Below, piece by piece: positions 63,252 through 64,000 of a stretch of DNA of 64,000 nt. The translations under genes were made by a program, and so were the position numbers. The notes beneath the pieces were generated by a model, which made no database searches, had not been told where the DNA came from, and was given only the letters and a program-made list of their open reading frames with translations. Positions within the stretch are counted from its first letter, which is position 1. Each line of letters opens with the position of its first letter. Origin of the DNA: an uncultured Chloroflexia bacterium (lineage in GTDB: Bacteria; Chloroflexota; Anaerolineae; CG2-30-64-16); NCBI GenBank assembly GCA_963810095.1, contig CAWEMM010000006.1, forward strand, positions 1,824,001 through 1,888,000, read 5' to 3'.

Positions 63252-64000
63252 ATGGGAAATGGAGAAGCGAAGACGGTATCAAATGGGCGTGGGCCACAAA
63301 CAATGTGTCGCTCCCATCGCACGTCTTGCCTGGTTGTCATGGTGCATTTTTCACAGCTCACCAGCTGTTCAGCAGCCGCGCCAGCCGGCCCTCCCGGGCC
63401 GACGTCGCTGCCGCCCAACGCGATCGGCATCTCGATCGTCACCAACGACACGAAGGCCGACTGGCTGCGGGCAGTGACCGACACCTTCAACAAGTCGGCC
63501 GTGAAGACCTCGGCCGGGCACGACATCATCGTCGAAATCATCCAGGAAGCGTCGCCCGAGCCCACCGTCCAGAAGATCGTTGCCGGCGAGCTGCAGCCGA
63601 CGATCTGGAGCCCGGCAGACATCAGCTGGGTCGACCAGGCCAACCAGCAGCTCAAGCAGCAAGGCAAATCATCGGTGGTCACCGAGTCATGCCCCCGCAT
63701 CGTCTATGCCGCCACCGGATTCGCCATCTGGCGGCCGATGGCCGAGGCGCTGGGCTGGCCCGACAAGCAGGTCAGCTGGCAACAGCTCGCGGACCTGGCC
63801 GCGGACCCCGAGGGCTGGGGGCGGTACGGGCACCCACAGTGGGGGCAGTTCAAGTTCGGCCACACGCATCCGGAGCAGTCGTCGACCGGGTTTAACATCC
63901 TTGCCTCGCTGGCCTATGCCGCCGCAGGCAAGACCGCAGGGCTGACGCCGGAGGACGTGCGAAGCCAGGCGGTGGTCGAGGCCTTCCGGCGGTTGGAGAG
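63252..64000 (+). CDS. Second solute-binding protein, paralogous to the 60481 SBP-VWA (3'-truncated by window edge)
   Basis: Frame open to the window end, so absent from the ORF track: LTSC lipobox-like motif, TKADWLRAVTD, IWRPMAEALGWP, WGQFKFGHTHP, NILASLAYAA. Confidence 0.85.
   Translation, partial: MGNGEAKTVSNGRGPQTMCRSHRTSCLVVMVHFSQLTSCSAAAPAGPPGPTSLPPNAIGISIVTNDTKADWLRAVTDTFNKSAVKTSAGHDIIVEIIQEASPEPTVQKIVAGELQPTIWSPADISWVDQANQQLKQQGKSSVVTESCPRIVYAATGFAIWRPMAEALGWPDKQVSWQQLADLAADPEGWGRYGHPQWGQFKFGHTHPEQSSTGFNILASLAYAAAGKTAGLTPEDVRSQAVVEAFRRLE

Overview
GC-rich bacterial chromosomal window, most consistent with Chloroflexota (Anaerolineae-like), judged from a C-terminal VYLPLIRR motif, Thr/Pro-repeat lipoproteins, and BTAD, CHAT and cyclase-AAA-TPR proteins. 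It holds about 54 protein-coding genes. I found no rRNA, tRNA, CRISPR array or transposase. About 20 genes, including pdhA, are split by single-base frameshifts, which most likely reflect uncorrected long-read errors. Housekeeping genes include pdhABC, xerD, purine-nucleoside phosphorylase, hisN, ogt, osmC, thpR and DegV. The most notable items are: (1) a locus at 55.3-64 kb where a SARP/BTAD activator appears fused to a membrane-anchored XpaC-like coiled coil, followed by TelA, a solute-binding-VWA protein, a Bax-inhibitor-1 protein and a paralogous solute-binding protein, with matching 11/12/11-bp phased direct repeats upstream of two of its genes; (2) a stand-alone PrdB/GrdB-like selenoprotein with an in-frame UGA (UxxC) and a SECIS-like hairpin; (3) a CHAT protease-TM-beta-propeller receptor; (4) an enzyme resembling eukaryotic neutral sphingomyelinase (SMPD2/Isc1); (5) an orphan SLOG-TM protein; (6) a degenerate Amt lacking key pore residues; (7) several families of intergenic palindromic repeats. 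All family assignments come from motif recognition by eye; no database searches were run.
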